Origin: an uncultured Actinomycetota bacterium
Lineage (GTDB): Bacteria; Actinomycetota; Actinomycetes; JAHEKZ01
NCBI GenBank assembly: GCA_963743915.1
Contig: CAVURN010000005.1
Location: 518,296-582,295, forward strand
Reading direction: 5' to 3'
Length of the DNA stretch: 64,000 nucleotides
Below are positions 31,428 through 42,454 of the stretch, in pieces. The translations under genes were made by a program, and so were the position numbers. How positions within the stretch are numbered: the first letter of the stretch is position 1; each line of letters opens with the position of its first letter. The notes under the pieces were generated by a model. It was given only the letters and a program-made list of their open reading frames with translations. It was not told the origin of the DNA and made no database searches.

Positions 31428-32729
31428 TCAGGACGAGGCGGCAGCGCGCAGCGCGGTCACCACCAGCGTGCGCGCCACGGCGCCCACCTCCGAGACGCGG
31501 ACCTGCTCGATCGCCGCGTGCGCATGGCGGACGTCGCCGGGACCGTAGTGCAGGCTCGGGATGCCACCGCCGTTGTAGAGCCGAAGGTCGCTGCCGTAGG
31601 GCGCACCGCGCGGACGCGGACGTTCACCGCTCACATCCGACGCCGCGTCCTGCAGCGTCGGCAGCAGCCAGTGGTCGTCAGGTGCCGCAACACCCGGGTA
31701 CTGCCCGCTGGCGAACTGGCCGCCGCTCCACTCCACGCGCACCGGGTGGTCACGCAACCACGGGTCGGCGGCGGACGCCTCGGCGACGCGTTCCTCCAGC
31801 GATGCGCGCGCCACCGCGACGTCCTCGCCGAGCTGCACGCCGTAGCGCCCCTCTGCGGTGAGCCGGTCCGGGACGGTGCTCGACCAGTCACCGGCGTCCA
31901 CCCGGCCCACCAGCAGCGGGTACGCGATCGGGTACTCGGCCATCAACGGCGAGACCTCCTCGTTGCGCTCGCGCTCGAGGTCCTGCAACGCCTGGTACAC
32001 GGGGAGGAACACGTCGAACGCCGAGACACCGGCGTAGCGCGTGCTGCCGTGCGTCGCAGCACCTTCGACATGCAGCGTGAAGGTCAGAGCGCCACCAGTG
32101 GCGGTGATGACGGTGCCGCTGGTGGGCTCGGTGATGACGCACGCGTCTGCGGTGTGCCCGCGGCGCAGGGTCGCGAACGCGCCCAGCCCGCCGTCCTCCT
32201 CGCCGCCGACCGAGTGCACCGCGACCCGCCCCGGCAGCTGGACGCCGGACCGCACGAGCGCCTCCACGGCGACCAGGTTCGCCACGACCCCGGCCTTCAT
32301 GTCGCACGCGCCTCTGCCGAAGAGCACGTCCCCCTCGCGGCGTGGCACGAAGGGGTCCCCTTGCCACTGGCGAAGGTCACCCGGAGGGACGACGTCGACG
32401 TGACCCTGCAATGCGAGCACGGGAGTCGCGTCACCCTCGCCGAGCACGCCGACCGTGCCCCACGCCTCGTCGCGCGGGGCCTCCATCCCGGGGAACTCCG
32501 GGTCGGACGTGACGTCGGCAAGGTCGATCTGCCAGTGGTCGACCGCGCAGCCGAGCTGCTCGAGCCGGTCGGCCACCCACCGCTGCGCGTCCGCCTCCGC
32601 CGCCGTGCCCGTCACGCTGGGGATCGCGATGAGCTCACCCAGCAGGGACGCCCAGTGCTGCTCTCCGAGGTCGTCGACGGCGTCGAGCGCGGCGCGCTCG
32701 GACCGCGACAGGTCGCCCGTCGGGCTCAT
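31428..32729 (-). CDS. ArgE/DapE-family M20 deacylase
   Basis: LQGHVDVVP, FGRGACDMKAG, GEEDGG, TEPT, AHAAIE. Confidence 0.9.
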   Translation of the reverse strand: MSPTGDLSRSERAALDAVDDLGEQHWASLLGELIAIPSVTGTAAEADAQRWVADRLEQLGCAVDHWQIDLADVTSDPEFPGMEAPRDEAWGTVGVLGEGDATPVLALQGHVDVVPPGDLRQWQGDPFVPRREGDVLFGRGACDMKAGVVANLVAVEALVRSGVQLPGRVAVHSVGGEEDGGLGAFATLRRGHTADACVITEPTSGTVITATGGALTFTLHVEGAATHGSTRYAGVSAFDVFLPVYQALQDLERERNEEVSPLMAEYPIAYPLLVGRVDAGDWSSTVPDRLTAEGRYGVQLGEDVAVARASLEERVAEASAADPWLRDHPVRVEWSGGQFASGQYPGVAAPDDHWLLPTLQDAASDVSGERPRPRGAPYGSDLRLYNGGGIPSLHYGPGDVRHAHAAIEQVRVSEVGAVARTLVVTALRAAASS

Positions 32730-33586
32730 GCGCGCCAGAGCGGCTGCGTCAGGCAGGTGGGCCCACCGTCACCCTTCACGGCGACCTCGGTGCCGGCGAA
32801 CTCGTGCACCTTGACGCCTGCAGCGAGGAGCTTGGCCAGCACCTTGGGGTTGTCAGCGGCCAGCACGACCTCGCCCGGCGCGACGGCCAGGATGTTGGCT
32901 CCCTGCGTGAGCATCTCGTCCTCATCGACGGTGATCCGCGAGATGCCACGCTCCTCCAGCAGCTCGAGCAGCGCGACCGGTGCCAACGGTTCGAAGACGA
33001 CGGCGAGGTCAGGCGCGATGGGGGAGATCACGCTCATGAGGTGCAGCACGGCATCGGGGCCGAGGTAGTGCGGCAGGTCGACGTCGATCACGGTGACGCC
33101 GTGCGGCTCGAGCAGAGCCTGGAACTGTTCGACGGCGGAGGCGTTCGTCCGGTAGCCGCGTCCCACGACGAGCGTCTGCGCATCGAGCCAGACCTTGTCC
33201 CCTCCGTCACTGACCGCGTCACCGGTGAGCGCACCCAGCACCGGGACTCCCAACCGCTCGAAGTCGGCACGCATCGCAGCTGGCTCCGGCGAACGCACCG
33301 GCTTGCGCATCTGCAGCAGGATCGACCCGAACGGCGTCATCACGGCGGGATCGTGGGTGTAGACGGCGTCGACGAGACCCTCGACCGGGTCAGCGACGAG
33401 GACCTCGGCACCGGTGCTGCGCAGCAGCTCCACGAACTCGGCGTGCTGCGTCAGCAGCAGCTCGCGGTCCGGCTCGCGCCAGTGCCCGTCTGCGACGAAC
33501 TCCCCCACCGTGGTGGGCGTCCGCACGAACACCTTCTTCAGCGGCGAGACCATGTCGGGCGTACCCCAGCCCTGCAGTTCACTCAT
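32726..33586 (-). CDS. Amidinotransferase / dimethylargininase (pentein) family protein
   Basis: DAVYTHD, DGGD, GYRTN, VLHL, GGPTCLT (Cys-His-Asp triad). Confidence 0.85.
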   Translation of the reverse strand: MSELQGWGTPDMVSPLKKVFVRTPTTVGEFVADGHWREPDRELLLTQHAEFVELLRSTGAEVLVADPVEGLVDAVYTHDPAVMTPFGSILLQMRKPVRSPEPAAMRADFERLGVPVLGALTGDAVSDGGDKVWLDAQTLVVGRGYRTNASAVEQFQALLEPHGVTVIDVDLPHYLGPDAVLHLMSVISPIAPDLAVVFEPLAPVALLELLEERGISRITVDEDEMLTQGANILAVAPGEVVLAADNPKVLAKLLAAGVKVHEFAGTEVAVKGDGGPTCLTQPLWRA

Positions 33587-33689
33587 GGCCGCGACGCTAT
33601 AGGCCGCCGGTCGGGCCGTCGAGGGGTGCCCTTGCTGGCCGGTCGGTCAGCCAATAGCGTCGGCACTCCGAACACGAGAGGGGAACTAC

Positions 33690-34772
33690 GTGCACGAGGT
33701 ACGCGGAGTGGTGGCAGCCGGCAAGGGGGCACCCGTCACGGTCGAGACGGTGCTCGTCCCTGACCCGGGTCCCGGCGAGGCGCTGGTCACGATCCAGGCG
33801 TGCGGCGTCTGCCACACCGACCTGCACTACCGCGAGGGTGGCATCAACGACGACTTCCCGTTCCTGCTCGGTCACGAGGCCGCCGGTGTGGTCGAGGCGG
33901 TCGGCGACGGAGTCACCGACGTGGCCCCGGGGGACTACGTGATCCTCAACTGGCGCGCCGTCTGCGGCGAGTGCCGCGCCTGCCGTCGCGGACGCCCCTG
34001 GTACTGCTTCGCCACGCACAACGCCACGCAGAAGATGACGCTCGCCGACGGCACCGTCCTGTCGCCCGCGCTCGGCATCGGCGCGTTCGTCGAGAAGACG
34101 CTCGTCGCCGCTGGCCAGTGCACCAAGGTCGACGCGAAGGCCGCACCCGACGTCGCTGGTCTGCTCGGCTGCGGAGTCATGGCGGGCATCGGCGCGGCGA
34201 TCAACACCGGAGGAGTCACCCGGGGCGACTCGGTTGCCGTCTTCGGATGTGGCGGCGTCGGGGACGCCGCCATCGCCGGCGCACGTCTTGCCGGCGCACA
34301 CACGGTCATCGCCGTGGACGTCGACGACCGCAAGCTCGGGTGGGCCAGCGAGTTCGGCGCGACGCACACGGTGAACGCCAAGGACCGGGATCCGGTCGAA
34401 GCCATCAAGGCGATCACCGAGCACGGGGCCGACGTGTGCATCGAGGCGGTCGGGAACCCTGCCGTGTTCCAGCAGGCGTACGACGCCCGCGACCTGGCGG
34501 GCACCCTGGTGCTGGTCGGCGTTCCCACCCCGGAGATGCAGTGGACGACGCCGCTCCTCGACATCTTCGGACGCGGTGGTTCGATCAAGTCGTCCTGGTA
34601 CGGCGACTGTCTGCCCAGCCGTGACTTCCCGATGCTGATCGACCTGTACCTGCAGGGCAGACTTCCCCTGGAGAAGTTCGTCTCCGAGAAGATCGGGATC
34701 GACGACGTCGAGGCGGCGTTCGAGAAGATGCACCACGGCGACGTGCTCCGCTCGGTGGTCATGTTCTCGTGA
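33690..34772 (+). CDS. S-(hydroxymethyl)mycothiol dehydrogenase (MscR/AdhE2-like)
   Basis: [49 protein letters not shown]. Confidence 0.92.
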   Translation: MHEVRGVVAAGKGAPVTVETVLVPDPGPGEALVTIQACGVCHTDLHYREGGINDDFPFLLGHEAAGVVEAVGDGVTDVAPGDYVILNWRAVCGECRACRRGRPWYCFATHNATQKMTLADGTVLSPALGIGAFVEKTLVAAGQCTKVDAKAAPDVAGLLGCGVMAGIGAAINTGGVTRGDSVAVFGCGGVGDAAIAGARLAGAHTVIAVDVDDRKLGWASEFGATHTVNAKDRDPVEAIKAITEHGADVCIEAVGNPAVFQQAYDARDLAGTLVLVGVPTPEMQWTTPLLDIFGRGGSIKSSWYGDCLPSRDFPMLIDLYLQGRLPLEKFVSEKIGIDDVEAAFEKMHHGDVLRSVVMFS

Positions 34773-35398
34773 CGGCACGTATCGACCACCTCGTCACCAG
34801 CGGGACCTTCTCACTCGACGGCGAGACGTTCGACGTTGACAACAACGTCTGGATCGTCGGTGACGACGACGAGTGCGTGGTCATCGACGCCCCCCACGAC
34901 GTCAAGGCGATCCTGGATGCCGTGGCCGGGCGACGGGTCACCGCGATCATCTGCACACACGCGCACGACGACCACGTTCGTTACGCGCCAGAGCTCGCCG
35001 ACCGCACGGGAGCGCCGGTGCTGCTGCACCCCGACGACACACCCGTGTGGCAGCTGACCCACCCGGACCGGCAGCCGGACGGCGAGCTCGCCGACGGTCA
35101 GGCCGTCTCCGTCGCGGGCGTCCAGCTGCACGTGCGGCACACCCCGGGGCACGCCCCGGGAGCGGTGTGCCTCTACTGCCCCGAACTGGGTGTCTTGTTC
35201 AGCGGTGACACGCTCTTCTCGGGCGGACCCGGTGCCACGGGCAGGTCGTTCTCCGACTTCCCGACGATCGTGGCGTCGATCGACCGGCTGGTCGCCGAGC
35301 TGCCACCCGAGACGGTGGTGCACACCGGCCACGGCGACTCCACCACGCTCGCGGCTGAGGCACCGCACCGTCAGGAGTGGCTCGACCGGGGCCACTGA
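34769..35398 (+). CDS. MBL-fold metallo-hydrolase (glyoxalase II-like)
   Basis: THAHDDH, HTPGH, FSGD, HTGHG; usual partner of MscR. Confidence 0.9.
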   Translation: MTARIDHLVTSGTFSLDGETFDVDNNVWIVGDDDECVVIDAPHDVKAILDAVAGRRVTAIICTHAHDDHVRYAPELADRTGAPVLLHPDDTPVWQLTHPDRQPDGELADGQAVSVAGVQLHVRHTPGHAPGAVCLYCPELGVLFSGDTLFSGGPGATGRSFSDFPTIVASIDRLVAELPPETVVHTGHGDSTTLAAEAPHRQEWLDRGH

Positions 35399-35587
35399 GG
35401 ACCGGTGACGCAAGCCGTCGCCTTCGGGTCGGGTCGTGACCTCTCCGTGACCTCCGCGCGGCGTTTGCGTGCGCACGGCCTGGGTACTCACCGACTTCCG
35501 GTGAGTCCGGAGTCACCCGATCGTCGGGTACGGCGTTCACGCGCCGTGGGATAACGTGGCGAGACCGCTGCGGGGGTCGGAGGAGTC

Positions 35588-35752
35588 ATGGACGAGAACA
35601 GCAAACCGGTGGATCCCGAGATCGTCGACCTGGTGGACCACATCCGCAACCGTCACGGGGCGTACGGCCTGCGTCAGCTGATCGACCTCGCCGAACGCGA
35701 GATGCGGGAGACCGAGTCCGCCCTGTCCGAGCTGGCCGACGCCAACACCTGA
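35588..35752 (+). CDS. Small hypothetical protein (54 aa)
   Basis: GGAGGAG RBS; MDENSKPVDPEIVDLVDHIRNRHGAYGLRQLIDLAEREMRETESALSELADANT; below the ORF track cutoff. Confidence 0.65.
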   Translation: MDENSKPVDPEIVDLVDHIRNRHGAYGLRQLIDLAEREMRETESALSELADANT

Positions 35753-35997
35753 CGGCTGACACGGGCGATCTCCGCCCGATGTGCGAGTAGTGGATCCGTC
35801 GGGCGCGTCCCCCCCGATCGGCAACGCCCGACGGACCCACTCCCCCGAGCAGCCCCCGCGTCGCACATGCTGGCACCGCATCTGCTGCAGGAGCATCGGC
35901 TGATCGCGCTCGCCGACGTCGTCCGATCGACGGACGCCAATCACTCACGTCTCAGTCGCACCACTGGGCACGCTCGTCCCACGAGCGGCGACCTGAG

Positions 35998-36069
35998 AGC
36001 CGGCGATCGGATTCGAACCGATGACCTACCGCTTACAAGGCGGTTGCGCTACCGCTGCGCCACGCCGGC
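35998..36069 (-). tRNA. tRNA-Thr (TGT)
   Basis: GCCGGCG acceptor stem, anticodon arm CCGC-CTTGTAA-GCGG, T-loop GGTTCGAATCC. Confidence 0.95.
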
Positions 36070-36076
36070 GAGACGT

Positions 36077-36679
36077 TCAGCCTAGCGACGACGACGGTCG
36101 CGTCAGGCACCAGATGTGCGTGCCGTCCTCGAGCTCCACCTCGTCGGTGACCGCGAAGCCGTACCTGGCGTAGAAGCCGAGGTTGCCCTCCGTCCCTGTC
36201 TCCAGGAACACCGGCAGACCCTCACCGTCCGCTGCCTCCAGGCCGGGACGCAGCACCGCTGCCCCGTGCCCGTTCCCGCGCGCCTCCGGGTGGGACGCGA
36301 TGACTCCGAGGTAGTAGTGGGGAGTGGTCGGCTCGTGCTGGTGGACGCGGGCGTCGTAGCTCTCCAGCCGCGCCACCGCGTCCGGCGGGAACTGGGCAGC
36401 GGTGGACCTCCACCGCGCGTCCTGGTCCGCCTCCTGCTCCTGGACGCCGCCCGGCGGGTTCCACAACGAGGCGGCCACGACGCGTCCGCCGATCTCCTCG
36501 ACCCACACCAGCCCGCTGTCCATCCGCAGGTCGAGCAGGTAGGCGAGGAAGGTGCGTGCGTACCGCGGGTAGTCGTCACCGAAGAAGTGGTGGAACGCCG
36601 GTTCGGTGACGAACGCCGCCTCCGCGACGTCCAGGATCGCCTCTCGATCTGCGGTGGTGGCGGGGCGGACGGCTCGCAT
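36077..36679 (-). CDS. GNAT acetyltransferase (puromycin-acetyltransferase-like)
   Basis: YYLGVIASHPEARGNGHG, VFLET, NLGFYARYGF. Confidence 0.88.
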   Translation of the reverse strand: MRAVRPATTADREAILDVAEAAFVTEPAFHHFFGDDYPRYARTFLAYLLDLRMDSGLVWVEEIGGRVVAASLWNPPGGVQEQEADQDARWRSTAAQFPPDAVARLESYDARVHQHEPTTPHYYLGVIASHPEARGNGHGAAVLRPGLEAADGEGLPVFLETGTEGNLGFYARYGFAVTDEVELEDGTHIWCLTRPSSSLG

Positions 36680-36696
36680 CCGGACAGTGTGACGGG

Positions 36697-37395
36697 TCAG
36701 CCGAGCAGCAGCCACAGCCCCTGGACCGTGGCGGGCATCGCGGCTGCCACTGCCGGTGACGGCCGCAGCCAGCCTGTGGCTGCAACAGCGATCGCCCAGG
36801 GCACGCTCACCGCCACTGACGTCACGGCGACGGGCGTATCACCCGCGTCGTACATGAGCGCTGCGAAGCCGACACCGCAGACCAGCACGATCGCGGACAC
36901 CGCGGCCGCCAGCACCACCCCGCGCGTCGCGTACCACGGCTCGAGCTCGTCGCGTGAGTACAGCAGCCACAGCGAGGTCCCGAGTGCGGCGGCCGCGCCG
37001 GCCGTCACGAGCAGCAGGGTCACCACCTCACGGTCGAGGGCGTTGCCCAGACACGGCTGCGACGCGAGCCAGATCCACCCCGCCCCGGCACCGCCGAGCA
37101 GCGACAGGGACGCACCGGCCGAGGCGGCGGGCGCGACGGCGGACGCGCGCGGCGTCCGCATCACCATGACCACGCCGGCGAGGCCGACGATGAGGGCGAG
37201 GACGAGCCCGGCCGGGATGCTGACGACGTCGTTGCCGACGCAGCCGCGCAGCTCCCCCCTCAGGAGCAGCGGAGCCATGATCAGCGCCGCCACCACATGC
37301 ACGACACCCACGCTGCGCATGCGTGGGCGCAGGCGGTTCACACCCCGCGTACGGGTGTCGAGCAGCTCCACCGGCGATTCCTCCTCGGCGCCCAT
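36697..37395 (-). CDS. Hypothetical multi-pass membrane protein
   Basis: About 6-7 hydrophobic segments. Confidence 0.6.
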   Translation of the reverse strand: MGAEEESPVELLDTRTRGVNRLRPRMRSVGVVHVVAALIMAPLLLRGELRGCVGNDVVSIPAGLVLALIVGLAGVVMVMRTPRASAVAPAASAGASLSLLGGAGAGWIWLASQPCLGNALDREVVTLLLVTAGAAAALGTSLWLLYSRDELEPWYATRGVVLAAAVSAIVLVCGVGFAALMYDAGDTPVAVTSVAVSVPWAIAVAATGWLRPSPAVAAAMPATVQGLWLLLG

Positions 37396-37556
37396 CCTGA
37401 ACGCCGGCTCAGGCCCGCCGGGCGGGGTTTCCCTTCAAGTCGCCCGTCCGGCGCAGCACCCGTCACGCACCGTGGGGGGACCGACTGTGCGACACCACCG
37501 CAAAGCGGACGCATCTGCGTCCTCGGGCGGCCGTCAGGGCGCGCTTGGCCGAGGGG

Positions 37557-38516
37557 TCAGCGGCGCTGAGTCAGGGAGTACAGCGCGATGCCGGCCGCCA
37601 CGCTCGCGTTGAGCGACTCGGTGTCGGCCCTCATCGGGATGCCGGCGATGACGTCGCAGCCCTCACGCACCAGGCGCGACAGCCCCGCACCCTCGGCTCC
37701 GACGACCAGCACCAGGGGCAGGTCCGCGTCGACCTCGTCGATCGTGGTGTCCCCGTCCGCGCCGAGACCGACCACGAAGAGCCCAGCCTTGCGGTAGGCG
37801 GCCAGTGCCCGCGCGAGGTTGGTGCACTGCGCCACCGGCACCCGAGCGGCCGCACCCGACGCGGTCTTCCAGGCGGACGCCGTCATGCCGGCGGCCCGCC
37901 GCTCCGGCACCAGGACTCCGTGCGCACCGAACGCGGCCGCCGACCGGACGACGGCGCCGAGGTTGCGCGGGTCGGTGACGTGGTCGAGCGCGACCACGAG
38001 CGGTGTCTCGCCAGCATCGTGCGCCCGCGCGACGAGGTCATCGGGATGTGCGTACTCGTACGGCGGGACCTGCAGCACCAGCCCCTGGTGGGGTGGTCCG
38101 TCGGCGAGGCGGTCGAGCTCGATGCGGGGGGCCTCGAGCACCGGCAACGCCATCTCGTTCGCCAGGTCGACGGCCTGACGGACCCGCTCGTCGTTGTCGA
38201 TCCGCTCGGCGACGTACAGGGCAGTCGCGGGGATCTGGGCGGTCAACGACTCGACGACGGCATTCCGTCCGACGACGTACTCCGGACCGCCCTTGGGACG
38301 CGGCTTGCTGCGTCCGGACGCCTTGACGGGCGCCTTGCCGTCCGAGCGCTTGGCGGCCGCTCGCGCCCGTCGCGCTGCCACGTGCTTGTCGCGCTCGCTC
38401 GCCTTGGGGGTCGGCCCTCGGCCCTTCAGCTGCTTGCGCCGCTGCCCGCCGCTGCCCACCGTCGGGCCCTTCTTGCCCTTGCGGATCGCACCCTTGCGTT
38501 GGGAGTTGCCGGCCAT
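37557..38516 (-). CDS. rlmB: 23S rRNA (Gm2251) methyltransferase
   Basis: [33 protein letters not shown]. Confidence 0.95.
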   Translation of the reverse strand: MAGNSQRKGAIRKGKKGPTVGSGGQRRKQLKGRGPTPKASERDKHVAARRARAAAKRSDGKAPVKASGRSKPRPKGGPEYVVGRNAVVESLTAQIPATALYVAERIDNDERVRQAVDLANEMALPVLEAPRIELDRLADGPPHQGLVLQVPPYEYAHPDDLVARAHDAGETPLVVALDHVTDPRNLGAVVRSAAAFGAHGVLVPERRAAGMTASAWKTASGAAARVPVAQCTNLARALAAYRKAGLFVVGLGADGDTTIDEVDADLPLVLVVGAEGAGLSRLVREGCDVIAGIPMRADTESLNASVAAGIALYSLTQRR

Positions 38517-39913
38517 CAGTGCTCCTCTGCGAGCGACCAGCGCGCGCCGTCGGCGGTGTCCTCGATGACGATGCCTGCCGCTGTCAGCGAGTCGCGGATC
38601 GCGTCCGCAGCGGCGTAGTCCTTGTCGGCACGCGCCTGCTGCCGCGCCGCGAGCTGCGCCTTGACCAAGGCGTCCACGACGTCGTGCAGGTCGCCGCCGG
38701 TCGACTCGCGCTCGGCCCACGGCGAACCGAGCGGGTCCAGGCCGAGCACCCCCAGCATCGCGCGCACCGACGCCAAGGCACCGCGCACGGCAACCTCGTC
38801 GCCGTCGGCCAACCCCTTGTTGCCTTCACGCACGATGTCGTGCACGGACGCCAGCGCGGCCGGTACGCCGAAGTCGTTGTCCATGGCCTGCTCGAACTCG
38901 GCGCACACGATGCCGGGCTCGGTGGCGCCCACGCGCTCGGTGGCGTGCCGGACGAACGACTCCAGCCGCCGGAAGCCGGCGGCCGCCTCGTGCATCGCCG
39001 CCTCGCTGAACTCGATGTGCGAGCGGTAGTGCGCGGCCACGAGGTAGTAGCGCAGCTCGATCGGTCGCACCCGGTGCACGACCTCGGTGACCAGCAGCGA
39101 GTTGCCGAGCGACTTGCTCATCTTCTCGCCGGACGTGGTCACCCAGTAGTTGTGCAGCCAGTAGGACGCGAACGGGTCGCCGACCGCCTTGCTCTGCGCG
39201 ATCTCGTTCTCGTGGTGCGGGAACACCAGGTCGAGCCCGCCGCCGTGGATGTCGAACGCCGCACCGAGGTACTTGTGCGCCATGGCCGAGCACTCCAGGT
39301 GCCAGCCGGGACGCCCCTCGCCCCACGGCGTGGGCCAGGACGGCTCTCCGGGCTTGGCCGCCTTCCACAGCGCGAAGTCACGCGGGTCGCGCTTGGCGTC
39401 CGACGTCGAGTCGGGCGCCGCCTGCATCTCATCGACCCGCTGCCCTGACAGCTCGCCGTACTGCGGCCACGACCCGACGTCGAAGTAGACGTCTCCGTCG
39501 GCGGCGTAGGCATGCCCGGCGTCGATCAGCTTCTGCATCAGCACGATCATCTCGGGCACGTGACCCGTGGCGCGCGGTTCGGCGTCCGGCGGCAGGCAGC
39601 CGAGCACGTCGTAGGCCCAGGCGAAGGCGCGCTCGTTGCGCATCGCGAGCTGCCAGAACGGGATGCCCTCGTCGGCGGCGCCGGCGATGATCTTGTCGTC
39701 GATGTCGGTGACGTTGCGGACGAAGGTCACCCGGTAGCCGCGGTAGGCGAACCAGCGGCTCATGACGTCGAAGACGACCCCACTGCGGATGTGCCCGATG
39801 TGCGGCGGAGCCTGCACCGTCGCTCCGCAGAGGTAGACGGAGACCTCACCCGTACGCAGCGGCTCGAACGGTCGCACCTTGCGGGCCGCGGTGTCGTAGA
39901 GGGAGATCGTCAC
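38516..39913 (-). CDS. cysS: Cysteine--tRNA ligase
   Basis: [19 protein letters not shown]. Confidence 0.98.
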   Translation of the reverse strand: MTISLYDTAARKVRPFEPLRTGEVSVYLCGATVQAPPHIGHIRSGVVFDVMSRWFAYRGYRVTFVRNVTDIDDKIIAGAADEGIPFWQLAMRNERAFAWAYDVLGCLPPDAEPRATGHVPEMIVLMQKLIDAGHAYAADGDVYFDVGSWPQYGELSGQRVDEMQAAPDSTSDAKRDPRDFALWKAAKPGEPSWPTPWGEGRPGWHLECSAMAHKYLGAAFDIHGGGLDLVFPHHENEIAQSKAVGDPFASYWLHNYWVTTSGEKMSKSLGNSLLVTEVVHRVRPIELRYYLVAAHYRSHIEFSEAAMHEAAAGFRRLESFVRHATERVGATEPGIVCAEFEQAMDNDFGVPAALASVHDIVREGNKGLADGDEVAVRGALASVRAMLGVLGLDPLGSPWAERESTGGDLHDVVDALVKAQLAARQQARADKDYAAADAIRDSLTAAGIVIEDTADGARWSLAEEH

Positions 39914-39993
39914 CGGGCAAGGCTAGCGAGTTGTCCCCGGCATGAATGCAGCGCTTGTTGCGTGCGAGCAGAGTGAATGCGTCGTTCTTGGCA

Positions 39994-40473
39994 TCAGCGG
40001 GGAAGGACGAGGGCGGTGGCGATGGCGGCCAGGCCCTCACCGCGCCCGGTCAGCCCGAGGCCGTCGGTCGTCGTGGCGCTCACCGTGACGGGTGCACCGA
40101 CAGCGGCGCCGAGCGCCGCCTCGGCCTCGGCGCGACGCCCACCCACCTTGGGGCGCTCCCCCACGACCTGCACGGCGAGGTTGCCGATGGTGAAACCGGC
40201 CTCGCGGACCAGCCGGGCGGTCTCGGCCAGCAGCGCCGCTCCGGACGCCCCGGCCCACTCCGGCCGGTCGGTGCCGAAAACCGCCCCGAGGTCGCCCAGC
40301 CCGGACGCCGACAGCAGCGCGTCGCAGCAGGCGTGCGCCACCACGTCGCCGTCGGAGTGGCCGACGCAGCCGGCTGGCTCGTCGGGCCAGGTGAGCCCGG
40401 CCAGCGCCATCGGTCGCCCCGCCTCGAGCGGATGCACGTCGACGCCGACGCCGACGCGGGGCGGGCCTGCCAC
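39994..40473 (-). CDS. ispF: 2-C-methyl-D-erythritol 2,4-cyclodiphosphate synthase
   Basis: [23 protein letters not shown]. Confidence 0.96.
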   Translation of the reverse strand: MAGPPRVGVGVDVHPLEAGRPMALAGLTWPDEPAGCVGHSDGDVVAHACCDALLSASGLGDLGAVFGTDRPEWAGASGAALLAETARLVREAGFTIGNLAVQVVGERPKVGGRRAEAEAALGAAVGAPVTVSATTTDGLGLTGRGEGLAAIATALVLPR

Positions 40474-40474
40474 G

Positions 40475-41182
40475 TCAGTGGACCCCGGCCGAACGGCGTC
40501 GGGCGAGGACTGCCTCGGCGAGCACCAGGTCGAGCGGGCGGGTCACCTTGAAGCCGTCCTCGGATCCAGGGATCGCCATCACCGGGCGGCCGAAGTGCTC
40601 GACCAGTCCGGCGTCGTCGGACGCGTCCTCGAGTCCGTGCTCGAAGGCGTCCCGGTGCGCCGACTCGAGCACGATGCGGGCAAACCCCTGCGGGGTCTGG
40701 GCGGCGCGCAGCTGGGAGCGGTCGACCGTCGCCTCGACGCGCCCCGCGGCGTCCACCTGCTTGACGGTGTCCGTCACCGGGACCGCGGGCACCACGGCGT
40801 CCGCTCCCGCGCGCACCGCGGCGGTGACGGCGTCGATGACGTCCTCGGGCTGCAGGGGGCGGGCGGCGTCGTGCACGAGCACCACGTCGATGTCGTCGGG
40901 CAGCGCCTCCAGCGCCAGCCGCACCGACTGCTGTCGGGTCTCCCCACCGGCCACGACGTGCAGCTCGGTGTCGCCGACGACCGGCTGCAGGATGCGGGAG
41001 ACCACCGACTCCTCCTCGACCGGTGCCGCCACGACGATCACGTCGACGCTGCGCGCCTCCGCCAGGGCGCGGACGGCATGGACGAGCAACGGCTGACCGG
41101 CCAGCTCACGGAGCGCCTTCGGGGCACCGGGACCGAGCCGCTCGCCGCGGCCCGCTGCGGGGACGACGGCGGCCGTCCTCAC
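40475..41182 (-). CDS. ispD: MEP cytidylyltransferase
   Basis: [29 protein letters not shown]. Confidence 0.96.
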   Translation of the reverse strand: MRTAAVVPAAGRGERLGPGAPKALRELAGQPLLVHAVRALAEARSVDVIVVAAPVEEESVVSRILQPVVGDTELHVVAGGETRQQSVRLALEALPDDIDVVLVHDAARPLQPEDVIDAVTAAVRAGADAVVPAVPVTDTVKQVDAAGRVEATVDRSQLRAAQTPQGFARIVLESAHRDAFEHGLEDASDDAGLVEHFGRPVMAIPGSEDGFKVTRPLDLVLAEAVLARRRSAGVH

Positions 41183-42306
41183 CGGGAAGTCTCCACCTCG
41201 TGCTTGCTCATGGGGACAGCCTCCCCGACCGGGCGGGAGAACACCAAACGGCCATTGGCCGTGGTGAGCACGCTGGTCACCTGGACCACGACCTCGTGCC
41301 CGACGAACTCGCGTCCCCGCTCGACCACGACCATCGTGCCGTCGTCGAGGTAGCCGATGCCCTGGCCGGGCTCCTTGCCGGTCTTGGTCACCAGCACGGC
41401 GACCTCGTCCCCGGCGGTGACCGGGGGCCGGAGGGCCAGAGCCAAGGCGTGCAGGTTCAGCACCCGGACGCCGGCGATGCCCGCCGCCTTGGCGAGGTTG
41501 GTGTCGAGGGTCAGCAGTGCCGCGTCGCGGTCGATGGCCAGCCGGACCAGCTTGGCGTCCACCTCGGGGACACCGGGGACGGTGTCGTCGAGCACGACGA
41601 CCTCGACGCCGGGCTCGCGCTTGAGCACCTCGAGCACCTCGAGGCCCCGACGTCCTTTGGCCCGCCGGGTCTCGTCACCGGCGTCGGCGAAGCCCTGCAG
41701 CTCGGCGATCACCGGAGCCGTCAGCACGAGCTCGCCGTGCAGGAAGCCGGCGCGGATGACGTCCACGATGCGGCCGTCGATGGCGACGGAGGTGTCGACG
41801 ATCTTCGGGTAGGAGGAGGCTGACCGGGAGGGCGGGGCCATCCCCGCACGTGCCCCGAAGATGCCGATCATCGACTCACGCTTGGCCGCTCCGACCTTGA
41901 AGCCGAGCAGGCCGAGCACCACCACGACGAAGCCGAAGATCGGGATCGCGAGGGCGGGAGAGCCGACGAAGAAGATCGGCCACGCCACGGCGGCGGCGAG
42001 GAAGACGCCGACGAGGCCACCGAACACTCCCCCGACGATGGTCTCGGCCGAGACCGAGCGCAGCCGCTCCTCGGTGCGGTCGACGGCGGCGACCGTGCTG
42101 CGCCCGAGGACGCCGCCGATCGAGTAGCCGACGAACGAGCCGAGGACGACGCCGAGGAAGGCGCCGTTGAGGGCGGCGAAGGGGGTGTCGGCCAGGTCCC
42201 ACTGGGCACCCGCGAGCGAGCCGATCCCGGCGAAGAAGACGACCACGAAGAGCCGCAGCAGCTCGACCACTCCGCTGGGGACGCGCTTCAGCCGGGGGCG
42301 GTGCAT
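41179..42306 (-). CDS. Membrane PIN/TRAM-domain protein (YacL-like)
   Basis: 4 TMs; KIVDTSVAIDGRI, GKEPGQGIGYLDDGTMVVVE, VTSVL. Confidence 0.9.
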   Translation of the reverse strand: MHRPRLKRVPSGVVELLRLFVVVFFAGIGSLAGAQWDLADTPFAALNGAFLGVVLGSFVGYSIGGVLGRSTVAAVDRTEERLRSVSAETIVGGVFGGLVGVFLAAAVAWPIFFVGSPALAIPIFGFVVVVLGLLGFKVGAAKRESMIGIFGARAGMAPPSRSASSYPKIVDTSVAIDGRIVDVIRAGFLHGELVLTAPVIAELQGFADAGDETRRAKGRRGLEVLEVLKREPGVEVVVLDDTVPGVPEVDAKLVRLAIDRDAALLTLDTNLAKAAGIAGVRVLNLHALALALRPPVTAGDEVAVLVTKTGKEPGQGIGYLDDGTMVVVERGREFVGHEVVVQVTSVLTTANGRLVFSRPVGEAVPMSKHEVETSR

Positions 42307-42454
42307 CGGTCGGCTCCTTGGGGACGTGGGGCGGGTACAGGTGATCTCGGCAGAAATCAGCCCGAACCGAAGGCCCAGCCACCTCAAGGATGGAGGCGAA
42401 GGTTGGTGCGCCAGAGCGGGTGAAAGCGTCGTTCTGGGGGTGTGGCGCGCGGGA

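Noticed and set aside
35435-35454. CGTGACCTC direct repeat at 11-bp spacing
   Set aside because: Only two copies in GC-rich DNA, which is insufficient to call a regulator site.
35400-36069. Genomic island or prophage integrated at tRNA-Thr
   Set aside because: No integrase and no duplicated tRNA 3' end were seen in the window.
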